NCBI RefSeq assembly: GCF_001194135.2 | Contig: NC_068986.1 | Location: forward strand, 90,982,813 to 91,046,812 | From: Octopus bimaculoides | Lineage: Eukaryota | Direction of reading: 5' to 3' | Length of the DNA stretch: 64,000 bases | In this document: in pieces, positions 10,459-22,347 of the stretch | How the letters are laid out: the number at the start of each line of letters is the position of its first letter | Numbering within the stretch: position 1 is the first letter of the stretch | Notes under the pieces: generated by a model | Told to the model about the DNA's origin: nothing | Databases searched by the model: none | The model's input: only the letters and a program-made list of their open reading frames with translations | Program-made: the position numbers and the translations under genes

Positions 10459-13406
10459 TAACAACGTCCCAACAACTATGCTCATACACACAGAAGCTGT
10501 AACAACAAGAGCTAAAGATGTATATATTTACCACCTGAATAAATGTGTTGTTTAAGTTGATAGTCTGGAGTTCAGCGTATCGTTATATTCATTAATTTTA
10601 TATAGGAAAGTCAGGTATACATCTAATGATGTATAACCAACTTTCCTATATACATATATATACAATACACACACATACCAGTCCTCTTTCCTTTTCCAAC
10701 TACCAAATCCACTCATGAGGCTTTGGTTTGTCCAAGTCTGTAGTAGAAGACACCTAAGGTGTTGCACAGTAGGACTGAGTCCAGAAGACCTACATGATTG
10801 AATTTCTCAATTACACACCCATGCCTGCACCATAAAGTATATATTTTGTTCATGTAAAACATCACTTTGCTCATTATGCACTTTTGAGGAATTTCATCCA
10901 CCAGTGCTTATATATATATACAAGACTATATATAAATTTCTTAATTTTGGTGCAGAGTTAGCAATTTTGGAAGAAGAGGGAAATTGATTACTTTGACCTC
11001 AGTGCTCAGCTAGTACTTATTTTATCAATCAAAACGATGAAGTGCAAAGTTTACCTCAGTGGCATTTGAACTCAGAATGAAAAGAACCAAAAGAAATGCC
11101 ACTAACCATTTTGTCTGGCATGGTAACAATTCTGCCTGCCTGCTGCTTTTATGATTACATTTGTAAATAAAAAAGAAACTGATTTGCTTAAATCAACACG
11201 CTTTGTTTATTTCACCTAATACATCAATTTCGAATCACTGTTCATTTATTCAGTTTGTTTTCACCTTATTTTATGCAACATCAATAATGTGAAAATGGTC
11301 TTGACTTGTACTTTAAATGAAGTCAATGATTTGGTTTACTAATTTAAGTAACTGCATTCTGAATTAATTGATAAATAATTTTTTTTCAACCTAAATAAAT
11401 AAAATAAAAAAATATTTTTACATTGGTATAAAGCTAAACATTTTGGGGATAGTACAGAAGATTAAATTAACTCTGATGTTTGGGAAGATACGTTAAATAA
11501 TGTTGTCGTAAATCATTGTCTGAAAAATGGTGAAGTGGTCATCACTGGAAAGTCTTTCATCTTAAGATCTGTATTTTCTTTTAAGGCTGACTTCTGCTAA
11601 AAGCAACAACCCTGGAAATATGAAAGGTGAAGTCATCCTCAGCAGGATTTGAACTCTAAATGTAAAGAAATATTTTTTAAATTAAGAAACGTATTGATAT
11701 GATCCATGAAAATAAAGTATCTTGTTTAGACAAGTCCTAGGGTACCAGATTCAGTAGTATTAGAAAGAGTAGAAATAATGTCTTCCTAAATACCATTCTT
11801 GTGTACCATAAGTTATATCCTCAGAAGATCTATCTGGCCAGGATCTGAGATACACTGTTGTCTTGCTAAGAGATAGACCAACTCAGTCATTGTTATAAGG
11901 GATGATATAGTCACTTAACAATCTACTAGAAAGGAGAAGGAACTAAGCTTTTCAAGAATATCTACACATTTTTTTGTCTATTGACATTCATATTTTTGCT
12001 GCACTGTTTTAAGTGACACTGTTATTTTTGCATATGATAGAAATTATTGTCTTCTTAGTGTAAAAATACCAGTCAGTTTTATTTTCAAACAATTAATAAG
12101 TATTGCAGCTGATGAGAAATTCAGACCCAAGAACTGTTAATCCACTGGTCATTTCATGTTTACAAGAACATTAATCTCAAAAGTTCGGCCTTGTCATACT
12201 ATGCCAAGCTACATGTCTGTAGAATACTATTTTCCTGCTACACTGCATTGTGATTGGCTTGCCTTTTATTTGTCTTCAGATACCTCTTTAGATATCTAGA
12301 TATTCATGGTCAGGTTGTCCGCAGTCAAAACCATATGATTAGAAATCAAAATCTTGAGTTAAAACTCAGCCTAGAGATGTATTAATTTGTAAACATAAGA
12401 CATCTGAAGTTGATCAGAGATAGAATCAACTGAAATATAGTGTAGCAAAAAAAAAAAAAAAAGTTAGAGGAGATTAAAAGCCAGAAAAGTTTCTTAAGAA
12501 ATCAATGACTGAGCTCAGGAAAATAATTGATAATAGAGTTTTCTTGAAATATAGATAATATCAGTCTGTTTGTGATTTACCTTCTAGGAAAAAAAAAATT
12601 CACAAAATATCTTTATATATTGAATTTTTTATCTATATTTATATGTAAGTTACTGGATTTTTTCCCGTTTTTTTTAATAACTGGTGTACTTATCTGCCAC
12701 AAGTAACACCTAGGAAGTGTTCATGGACTGCTAAATCTTTTATTAGAATGTTCTATTCTTCTTATCCCTTAGCTAAAGCAGCAAATTTGTAGAATATAGT
12801 GTTAGATAGAATGGTTTGTGGTACCCATTTCAGTTCTCTGTGCTTTAAGTTCAAGTTTTGCGATGCTAGAGTTTACCTTTTATCTTTTGGGCTTGACAAA
12901 TTACTAGTCTAGTAAGTGAGTTTAGTTCTCTCTTTTTCTCTCTGGATTCTGCTTGTAAGTATATCAGATACAGTAAAACCTAATAATAATTGACAGGAAA
13001 AGAAAGCAAAAAACAATTTTGTTTGCTGCTTGGGAATGGAGTCAACAGAACCAGGCAAAATGCAAGTTTCTCATTTACATAGCTACCTTACCTACCTAAT
13101 TATTTATTCACCAATTGCATGCGTACTTTTGAAGTACATAAACTGTTCAAGGTAACAGTCAAATTTCCTTGAACAAGCAACCTATTTAATGTCTTTTATA
13201 TGGGGATCAAATGTAAAGTTCAGGCATTTAATACTACAACTTGAAATATACTTCATAATAAAGGACATGTGAGCCCACTGCTAAAATGACTAGTTAACTG
13301 GCAGCAACCCAACTACAATGTGTGAACAACAACCCCCTCGTCAAATGATGAGGATAAACGGAATGTTTTGAGAGAGAGGTGGGATCTCTAAATACTTGAA
13401 AGACAA

Positions 13407-13414
13407 TCTCTCTC

Positions 13415-13492
<78 letters not shown>

Positions 13493-13500
13493 ACACACAC
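13407..13500. repeat. (CT)n microsatellite
   Basis: Directly visible. Confidence 0.95.
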
Positions 13501-13878
13501 AGTTCTACAAGAACTCCTCAGAGACAACCAATAAATAGAGTGTTTATCTAACATGTGTAATTCTACTATTTATATATTATTTCATGTTAGCAGGATCTAA
13601 ACCTAGAACATAGAGTGCTGGAAGATACACCACAAGACATGTTGTCCATTGACAGTCCACCACCCTTCATAATGATAATTCTTTCTACAATAGGCATAAG
13701 ACCTGAAATTTCAAAGTCGAGGGCTAGTCTATTACAACTGATACTTATTTTATCAGCCTTGAAAGAACAAAAGTTGACCTCAAAACCATATGAACTCAGA
13801 ACATAAAGCTGGAAGAAATGCTGCTTAGCTTTTTGTCTGGTGTGCTAATGATTCTGCCCCTTCACCACCTATAATAAT

Positions 13879-13958
13879 CATCATCATCATCATCATCATC
13901 ATCGTTTAACGTCCGCTTTCCAGCATGGGTTGGACGATTTGACTGAGGACTGGTGAAA
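13879..13958 (-). mobile_element. Very short 5'-truncated RTE 3' tail
   Basis: (CAT)n CGTTTAACGTCCGCTTTCCAGCATGGGTTGGACG; lacks 5 bp of the terminal palindrome. Confidence 0.8.
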
Positions 13959-14214
13959 TAATAATAACAACAACAACAACAACAATAATAATAATAATAA
14001 TCCTTTTTACTAAAGGCTCAAAAAGCCTGAAATTTGGAGGAGGGGACTAGTTGATAACATCGACCCCAGTATTTCACTGGGACTTAATTTATCAACCCTG
14101 AAAGGATGAAAGACAAAATTGACCACAGCAGAATTTGAACTCAGAATATAGCAACGGATGAAATACTGTGAAGCATTTCATCCAGCGTGCTAACGATTCT
14201 GCCAACTCACTACT

Positions 14215-15112
14215 ATCATCATCATCGTTTAACGTCCGCTTTCCATGCTAGCATGGGTTGGACGACTTGACTGAGGACTGGTGAAACCGGATGGCAACAC
14301 CAGGCTCCAATCTAAATTTGGCAGAGTTTCTACAGCTGGATGCCCTTCCTAACGCCAACCACTCAGAGAGTGTAGTGGGTGCTTTTACGTGTCACCTGCA
14401 CGAAGGCCAGTCAGGCGATACTGGCAACAGCCACGCTCGAAATGGTGTCTTTTATGTGCCACCTGCACAAGCCAGTCCAGGGGCACTGGCAACGATCTCG
14501 CTCGAAAATCCTACGGAGGCCANNNNNNNNNNNNNNNNNNNNNNNNNNNNNNNNNNNNNNNNNNNNNNNNNNNNNNNNNNNNNNNNNNNNNNNNNNNNNN
14601 NNNNNNNNNNNNNNNNNNNNNNNNNNNNNNNNNNNNNNNNNNNNNNNNNNNNNNNNNNNNNNNNNNNNNNNNNNNNNNNNNNNNNNNNNNNNNNNNNNNN
14701 NNNNNNNNNNNNNNNNNNNNNNNNNNNNNNNNNNNNNNNNNNNNNNNNNNNNNNNNNNNNNATGTACGAAGGTCTTGCCTCACCACCTCAGCCCAGGTCT
14801 TCCTGGGCCTACTTCTTCCATGGGTTCCCTCAACTGTTAGGGTGTGGCACTTTTTCACGCAGCTATCCTCATCCATTCTCACCACATGTCCATACTAGCG
14901 CAATCGTCTCTCTTGCGCACCACAACTGATGCTTCTAATGTTCAGCTTTTCTCTCAAGATACTTACACTCTGACGGGTATTCACATTGACATTACACATC
15001 CAACGGAGCATACTGGCTTCATTCCTTGCGAGCTTACGTATGTCTTCAGCAGTTACAGCCCATGTTTCACTGCCATGTAGCATGGCTGTTCGTACACACA
15101 TGGCTGTTCGTA
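14215..15112 (-). mobile_element. 5'-truncated RTE-clade LINE (RT C-terminus, 3' UTR and (GAT)n tail) spanning gap 14523-14761
   Basis: Minus-strand translations MLHGSETWAVTAEDIRKLARNEASMLRWMCNV...ERRLR and VRMDEDSCVKKC...GRSRPRKTWAEVVRQDL match RTE motifs (YGSETW, RLRWxGHV, GRPRKTW). Confidence 0.9.
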
Positions 15113-15140
15113 AATAATAATAATAATAATAATAATAATA

Positions 15141-16190
15141 AGAGCACTCAGAGTGCGCAAACTTCCACCAAGGCAACACCAACATCCTCTCAATGATTAG
15201 TCAGAGATGATTTTTAAAATGAGAATATCTGAAATAAACTCGACTGCTCTCACAAACGAGAATACTAAAAATGAACCCGAATGCTCTCAAATATTAAGTT
15301 AAAAAACAGGAAAAATAATCCGGAATCCTTGTCCAGTATCTGATTGATCCCAATGGTAGTCATGAAATGTGAAAGTGAGTGTGTGGGCTATGTTTGTAAT
15401 GTGTTCATGTCATCTGCAGTGGGAACAGGGACAGTCTTCTCTATGAAGGCCTTTTTTAGTCTATCCACTGATATAGTGTCTTTACAACCATTAAGGTCTA
15501 TAGTGAAAAATTTATCCAGGCGTGAAAGAAAATGGAAAGGACTTGCATATGGTGTTGTTAACAGAGGTTTAACAACATCGTTGCACACAAAAACGTGAGT
15601 CCAAGAAGTAAAGCTTCCTTCAAGACAGAGCTACAAATGCAATTGTCAAGTGGGTAAGAGATTTTAAACGGGAGCGATATATTCAAAATTGGTAAAAGTA
15701 AAAATTGTTGAAGATAAATTAAATTTATTATTGTTACTGAATATGTTAGTGTTATTTAATTTCTGAACAATTTTACTGCTGTTTGTTTATGTAGTTTGAA
15801 TTGATTTCTTTATCCATCAGTTTCTACTAAGATAGAGATACAAGAAAAATTGATAGTAGGGAAACGAAAATAAAACTTTGGAAACAGCAATGCTGCCATA
15901 ACTTACATGGAAGCCATGAGCATACTTTCAAGGGAGATAATCAGAGAATTACTTAAAAGTCAACATAAGATCATAATACTTCATGTAAAGTAAATATAAC
16001 AAATAATCCAGAATCCTTGTCCAATACTGGATCGATCCCAAAATCTTATCAGTTTGTGCAGTCACAATGCCAAACATCCCTGAAAGTTTCATCTGAATCC
16101 ATCCATCGGTTCTTGAGATATCTTGTCCACGGACAAACAAACAAACATGACTGAAAACAATATCTCGGCTTTTGCTAGGGCAGAGGAAAT
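15141..16190 (+). mobile_element. Helentron-associated (HINE/DINE-like) non-autonomous element, interrupted
   Basis: 5' GAGCACTCAGAGTGC hairpin plus CTTCCACCAAGG subterminal repeat; 3' part 16001-16190 with (ACAA)n and a degenerate CTCGGCTTT..AGGGCAGAG terminal hairpin. Classification is from recalled motifs. Confidence 0.5.
15385..15625 (-). mobile_element. Ty3/Gypsy integrase C-terminal remnant
   Basis: TSWTHVFVCNDVVKPLLTTPYASPFHFLSRLDKFFTIDLNGCKDTISVDRLKKAF matches the THVFVRxD..PLxPPYxGP...SIDRLKPA motif. Confidence 0.8.
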
Positions 16191-17444
16191 AATAATTCCC
16201 AGGGTGATATGGGGTATCCCATGCACAACCCTGGATTATCTGATACATTAAAGCCTTCTCTCAATTCTTGCCATCAATCTACAATCGTATAGAGTAAACT
16301 CAATTAACCATGGTAATTTTATTCTCTTTCCTACCAATCATAAAGTTTACTTGAGGGTAGCACATCTCTGTCTACCCTATTCAACTGGTACTTAAAGATT
16401 GCAATGAGGTTTCCAAAATTTTGGAAATCTTTTCATATTTCTAATTTAGCTGGTTTTTGTTGACCAGCCTTTACAATCTTTGCTTGTTGACCTATGATCA
16501 AAAGCATTCCAGCTGTGACCATCCTGTCTTTTTAACTGGAGAAAGGATTAGAGTATCTTCTTTCAAAGGGTGTGATTTGAGAGACATTTGGCTGCTGTTT
16601 CTAGAAAGTTAGGAAACCATGAAGAGGCTCCATCATTGACCCATAATGTGATTGGTTGATTATATAACAACTTCAAAAACATAGGTATTCTTCCAGCTGT
16701 TTAGTTACTTAACTACCTAGCAACTGTAATATATTTTTACCTAACATCTGTTTGCATGGTTGCATGGCTATGTGCAGTTTCTATCTTTGAAAGTTTTATA
16801 CCTTAGCAGCTTGATATCAGCAATTTTGGATCAGATACAGGATAGAGGGGATGTTGTTTTTTATTCTGATAGTGACAGTTTGTGCTTGTTGTCTTGCTGC
16901 TTTCATTGGTGCAGGCATGATTGTGTGGTTATGACATTAGTTAAACAATCTCATTGTTTCAGGTCCTCAATGGCCATTCAGACGGCTAGAAAATAGCAGT
17001 CAAATCTTTATCAATTCATGCTATATTGTCTTACATGAAAAATACATTGGTTAGTGTAGTCTTAAATATAAAAACAAAAACATAAAAAAATATGGTCTTT
17101 GAACTAAACGACAACACCTTTCTCCTCCACACACGGATTAAAAGGTAAATTGATCCTGCCAAGGTTTTGACAATGAACATTCCATTCATTGAATGAGTAT
17201 GTAAGTTGTTCAGTATTCCACCAGACATTTGTCATCCCTAAGCAGAATTAGTTTGACAAGGTTGGCTTTTTGAATTACATGTTCAGTTCCTCTGACTGGC
17301 TTCCACACATCTGCCTAACTGGTTTTACTTACAGGTTTGAGGTGTCCTGAAGTTTTGTTGAAAAACATTGTCCAAGTTGCCATGCAGTGGAATCAAATTT
17401 GAGATTCCATTATTGCAATGCAAATTTTTTAACCACTTAGCATG

Positions 17445-17681
17445 CATCATCATCATCATCATCATCGTTTAACGTCCGCTTTCCATGCTAGCATGGGTTG
17501 GACGATTTGACTGAGGACTGGTGAAACCAGATGGCTACACCAGGCTCCAATCTAATTTGGCAGAGTTTCTACAGCTGGATGCCCTTCCTAACGCCAACCA
17601 CTCAGAGAGTGTAGTGGGTGCTTTTACGTGTCACCCGCACGAAAACGGCCACGCTCGAAATGGTGTCTGTTATGTGCCACC
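17445..17681 (-). mobile_element. Young RTE 3' UTR copy running into gap 17682-18154
   Basis: Near-identical to 14215-14400. Confidence 0.85.
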
Positions 17682-18529
17682 NNNNNNNNNNNNNNNNNNN
17701 NNNNNNNNNNNNNNNNNNNNNNNNNNNNNNNNNNNNNNNNNNNNNNNNNNNNNNNNNNNNNNNNNNNNNNNNNNNNNNNNNNNNNNNNNNNNNNNNNNNN
17801 NNNNNNNNNNNNNNNNNNNNNNNNNNNNNNNNNNNNNNNNNNNNNNNNNNNNNNNNNNNNNNNNNNNNNNNNNNNNNNNNNNNNNNNNNNNNNNNNNNNN
17901 NNNNNNNNNNNNNNNNNNNNNNNNNNNNNNNNNNNNNNNNNNNNNNNNNNNNNNNNNNNNNNNNNNNNNNNNNNNNNNNNNNNNNNNNNNNNNNNNNNNN
18001 NNNNNNNNNNNNNNNNNNNNNNNNNNNNNNNNNNNNNNNNNNNNNNNNNNNNNNNNNNNNNNNNNNNNNNNNNNNNNNNNNNNNNNNNNNNNNNNNNNNN
18101 NNNNNNNNNNNNNNNNNNNNNNNNNNNNNNNNNNNNNNNNNNNNNNNNNNNNNNTATATATATATATATATATATATTAGATAGATAGATAGATAAATAT
18201 AGTCATCTAAGAATTCATAAGACAGGAAAAACCAGGTATTCATATACTTGTCAATAGTGGAGGTATATCAATATTTATATAATGCAGTATTGGAAATTCA
18301 TTTTAGCTAACTTTACCAATGATTTTTGTGCATGACAGTTAGGGGAAAAACCCCTAACTCTTCATGTGTTGGGAGAATATGGTGACAGCATACTCTTCCT
18401 GTTAACCTTTCTGACATGAGCTGGGATTGGGTTTCCCCTCTAACTCTTGTATGCAAAACTGATTGGTTAAAATGGTAGAAATGGATTTATAATACTATAT
18501 TGTATAAATGTGTTTGTGTGTGTGTGAAG

Positions 18530-18815
18530 TTACATGGCCTAGTGGTTAGGGTGTTGCACTCACAGCTGCTGGATCAAGAAGTTCTATTTCCAGACTGGGT
18601 GGCACATTATGTTCTTGAGTAAAACCCCTCATTCCACCTTAGTCTGCAATCATTTTGACGTCTGATGTATAAAATACTTGTGCACCTGTACAGGCAATGT
18701 TGATTTGAGGGAAGGTGTGAGCTAATGTACAACACATACATTTAGTTACTATAAATACATTATTTGTGCAGGTCGTTCAGCAAAAAATGAACACTCGTAC
18801 ATAGTCTTCAACAGG
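18530..18815 (+). mobile_element. tRNA-derived SINE (third family)
   Basis: A-box-like TGGCCTAGTGGTTAGG; degenerate B box; TTCTTGAGTAAAAC central motif; followed by (CA)n 18825-18939. Confidence 0.55.
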
Positions 18816-18820
18816 AAATC

Positions 18821-18943
<123 letters not shown>

Positions 18944-19188
18944 TTTCAGCTAATGAATATTAGTTGGTTCTTATTCTTTTGTCATTTATCATTTCACTTT
19001 GTATATGTCTTGCTGTTCACATGAGAACCTAAATGAGAGAATAACTGTGAGATCACACCTCCTTAAGATTGTAGCTTATGGGCATCACTGATTATAAGTA
19101 TATTGTGTTCTAGCAACCGGTTATTTGCCCTGCTCTATAGCACTATAAGAAATTTGAGTTATAAAATCTGTCTGTGTGTGTGTGTATG

Positions 19189-19224
<36 letters not shown>

Positions 19225-19983
19225 TACACACATTCTCACACCCATACACATAGATAACTGATTTTTGTTGAACATATGTTTGCAAGAATGAGGTAACTGA
19301 TTCCTGCTAAAAGCTATATATTTCTCTGCCTTTTTGTCGTATTGAGAATGATATGTGTGATACCTACTGACTCTAAATTTTTCTTCCAAATATCTACTGA
19401 ATGATGTACCAGTGCGGGGGATCCTAATGAACCAGTTCACTTCTCTCCTTCAGATATCTTCTAGAATGAGGTATTTGATGTCTACGAAACCTATGATTTC
19501 TCCCATTAAATTTCTGCTTCTTTACACTGTATTTTGAATTATTTATTTGACGTTTAAAGAACTTATGTTGCTTTCCAAATGTCTGCCAAAATAGAACACT
19601 TGACACTTTGAAACCCAAGTTCCTTTCATACAAAGAGAGCTACTGCCATAATTCCTTGTAATCTTGTGTACATAGAATGTGCGTACATTGTTTGTGATTG
19701 TGCATATAAAATGTTTATTTATTTATAGTGTTTTTTGTTGTGTATGTGTACGAGCATATATCTTTTTATGTGTATATATTTATGTAAGATTTCTATTTTT
19801 TTATCAACAATATAGTAACAGCTGATGTGTCAAAAATAATAATTGATTATATTGGCATAGGTTCATAATTCAGCTGGGAAAGTTACAGTTAACCTAACTC
19901 AATATATCATTGATATTTAATTTAATGCCTTACTCAAAATCTAACAGCAAAACTGAATACAGAACAATGACAATGACCACTTG

Positions 19984-20017
<34 letters not shown>

Positions 20018-20838
20018 GATAATGATCTCTGATTTAGGCACAAGGCAAACAATTTTGAGGGGAGTGTGTTAGTCAATTATATCGACCCCAGTACTTGACT
20101 AGTACTTTATTTTATTGACCTTGAAAGAAAGGAAATCTAAGTTGACCTCAGCAAGATTTGAACTAAGAACATAAAGAGTAGGAAGAATTGCTGTGGGGTA
20201 TTTTGTCTGACAAATGATTCTGGTCATCCATTGCCCTTGGACCTGAATTCTAATGCTCAACTGAAACTTATCCTGTCAACCTCCCACCTCCAAGTTGATT
20301 AAAAATGAAGTAAACCAGAATGGAATTTGCATCCTCTTCATCATCATTTAACCTTCACATTCCATGTTGGCAAGGGTTGGATAGTTTGACAGGAACTGAT
20401 GGGTCCAAGGACTACATCAGGCTCTAGTATCTGTTTTGAAATCGTTTCTAAGGCTAGATGCCCTTCTTAACATCAGCCTCTTTACAACATATACTGGGTA
20501 CTTTTTTTCATGCCACCAGCTCACAAGATTATGAACCTGGTGTGGGGCATGATGGCTTTATGTTAGATGAGGGTTTAAAGTATGAGAAAAGGGGCAGAGG
20601 TGGTTTCTTATAGAGGAGTTACAAGACTTCTCACATTTAGAAGAGAAGGCAATTAACCTGCCACTCCATTTGTACTACTTCACATCTTTACCTATAACAG
20701 TAAAAATAACGATTTATCAAATAATTTGCAGGTGAGAGGCATTAGTCAATTAGCTCATAACATTTTATCCAACCCCTGCACTCACAAGTTGAATGACAAA
20801 GTCAGTCCTATCTCGATTTGAACTCAGAATGTAAAGAG

Positions 20839-21165
20839 ATCATCATCATCATCGTCGTTTAACGTCCGCTTTCCATGCTAGCATCGGTTGGACGATTTCA
20901 CTGAGGACTGGTGGACCAGGAGGTGACACCAGGCTCCAATCTGATTTGGCAAAGTTTCTACAGCTGGAAGCCCTTCCTAATGCCAACCACTCCGAGAGTG
21001 TAGTGGGTGCTTTTACGTGCCACCGGCACGAGGGCCAGTCAGGCGGGTACTGGCAACGGCCACGCTCGAAATGGTGTATTTTACGTGCCACCTGCACAAG
21101 GGCCAGTCCAGGGGCACTGGCAACGATCTCGCTCGAATGTCTTTTCATGTGCCACTGGCACAATT
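20839..21165 (-). mobile_element. Young RTE 3' UTR copy adjoining a SINE
   Basis: (CAT)n CGTCGTTTAACGTCCGCTTTCCATGCTAGCATCGGTTGGACG, plus the internal duplicated GTGCCAC modules. Confidence 0.85.
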
Positions 21166-21751
21166 GCCAGGAAGGCAACGTTGGTAACGATCCACGGTAC
21201 CTAAATATTCCAAGATATTTTGTCCTTGCAGAAACGCTGTAAAATGATGAGAACATTGTTGTGACTGAACTGACAAGTTGGATAAATTGCTGTTTGTGCC
21301 AGCAGAAGGTGCAGCAAGTTAGGTCAAGAGACTACATGCTAATTGACTGGCCTTTCTTTTAGATGCAGTCTAAGCTGCCTAGGATAATTGACGATTCTCA
21401 TCCTTCCAAAGTTATAGCTTTGTGCTTATGTGAGAAATAATAATTATTATTGTTACTTAGGAATAATGAGTCACTCAGACGTTTATAAAGGAAGGAGAAA
21501 TGAGATTGTGTGATGTTAATGCCTTTCTCAAGGACATTACTGATGTAAATAAAGTGAAACGACTTTAACCAGGAATAGAAACTGAGTCATTAATAATTAA
21601 AAATGATTATAAATTATCTAAATTAAGGTGGTTATTAATTTTAAGAAGATTTTATTTCATGATTTATTTTTGTATGGATTATTCCATGATCTAATGTCAT
21701 GCTCATACACATGCTTCCATACATTTTCAAATATTACTATGCAAATGCAAA

Positions 21752-21783
<32 letters not shown>

Positions 21784-21979
21784 CCCCTCCCCCTCTTCAC
21801 ACACCCACATATTTTCAGACCTAAATCCCTCCCTTTCATAGATGTACAAATCTTTTTCAATGCACTCACAAATATTCAATCCTAAATCTCATTCTTACGC
21901 ACACATACACACTCACATGCACACGTGCATACACACGCTTAAGCTTCACTCTTTTTCACATTTCCTGATTTATGTGCGT

Positions 21980-22016
<37 letters not shown>

Positions 22017-22194
22017 CATGCACACAGGTGTTTCTATGTACACACCAGGAGGCTTAAAGTGCAAATAGTGCAGCGTTTAAAAACTAAGCTATTCAAGCAT
22101 AAGAGAAAATATTATGCTAAAACCAGCATGAGATAATATTGGATAAAATTACCTTAAAATCCTCATCACTAAATCTGACACTTTCAAGACATGA

Positions 22195-22347
22195 TTAATA
22201 TCATCACCACTACCACTATCATCATGACCATCACCATCATCCATACCATCATTACTGTCTTTATTGCTATCATCATAATCACTATCATCATCCCTACCAT
22301 CATCATCATCATCATCATCATCCTCATCCTCATCCTCATCATCATCA
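22195..22347. repeat. Degenerate (CAT)n tract (poly-Asp reading on the minus strand)
   Basis: Directly visible; second tract at 22537-22570. Confidence 0.85.

Noticed and set aside
11586-11650. Acceptor followed by G as exon 2 of the SMP gene
   Set aside because: Translation is not SMP-like and runs into SINE sequence.
14291-14929. Long ORFs across N gaps (also 17521-18243 and 59142-59685)
   Set aside because: Length comes from Ns, RTE UTR sequence or microsatellites.
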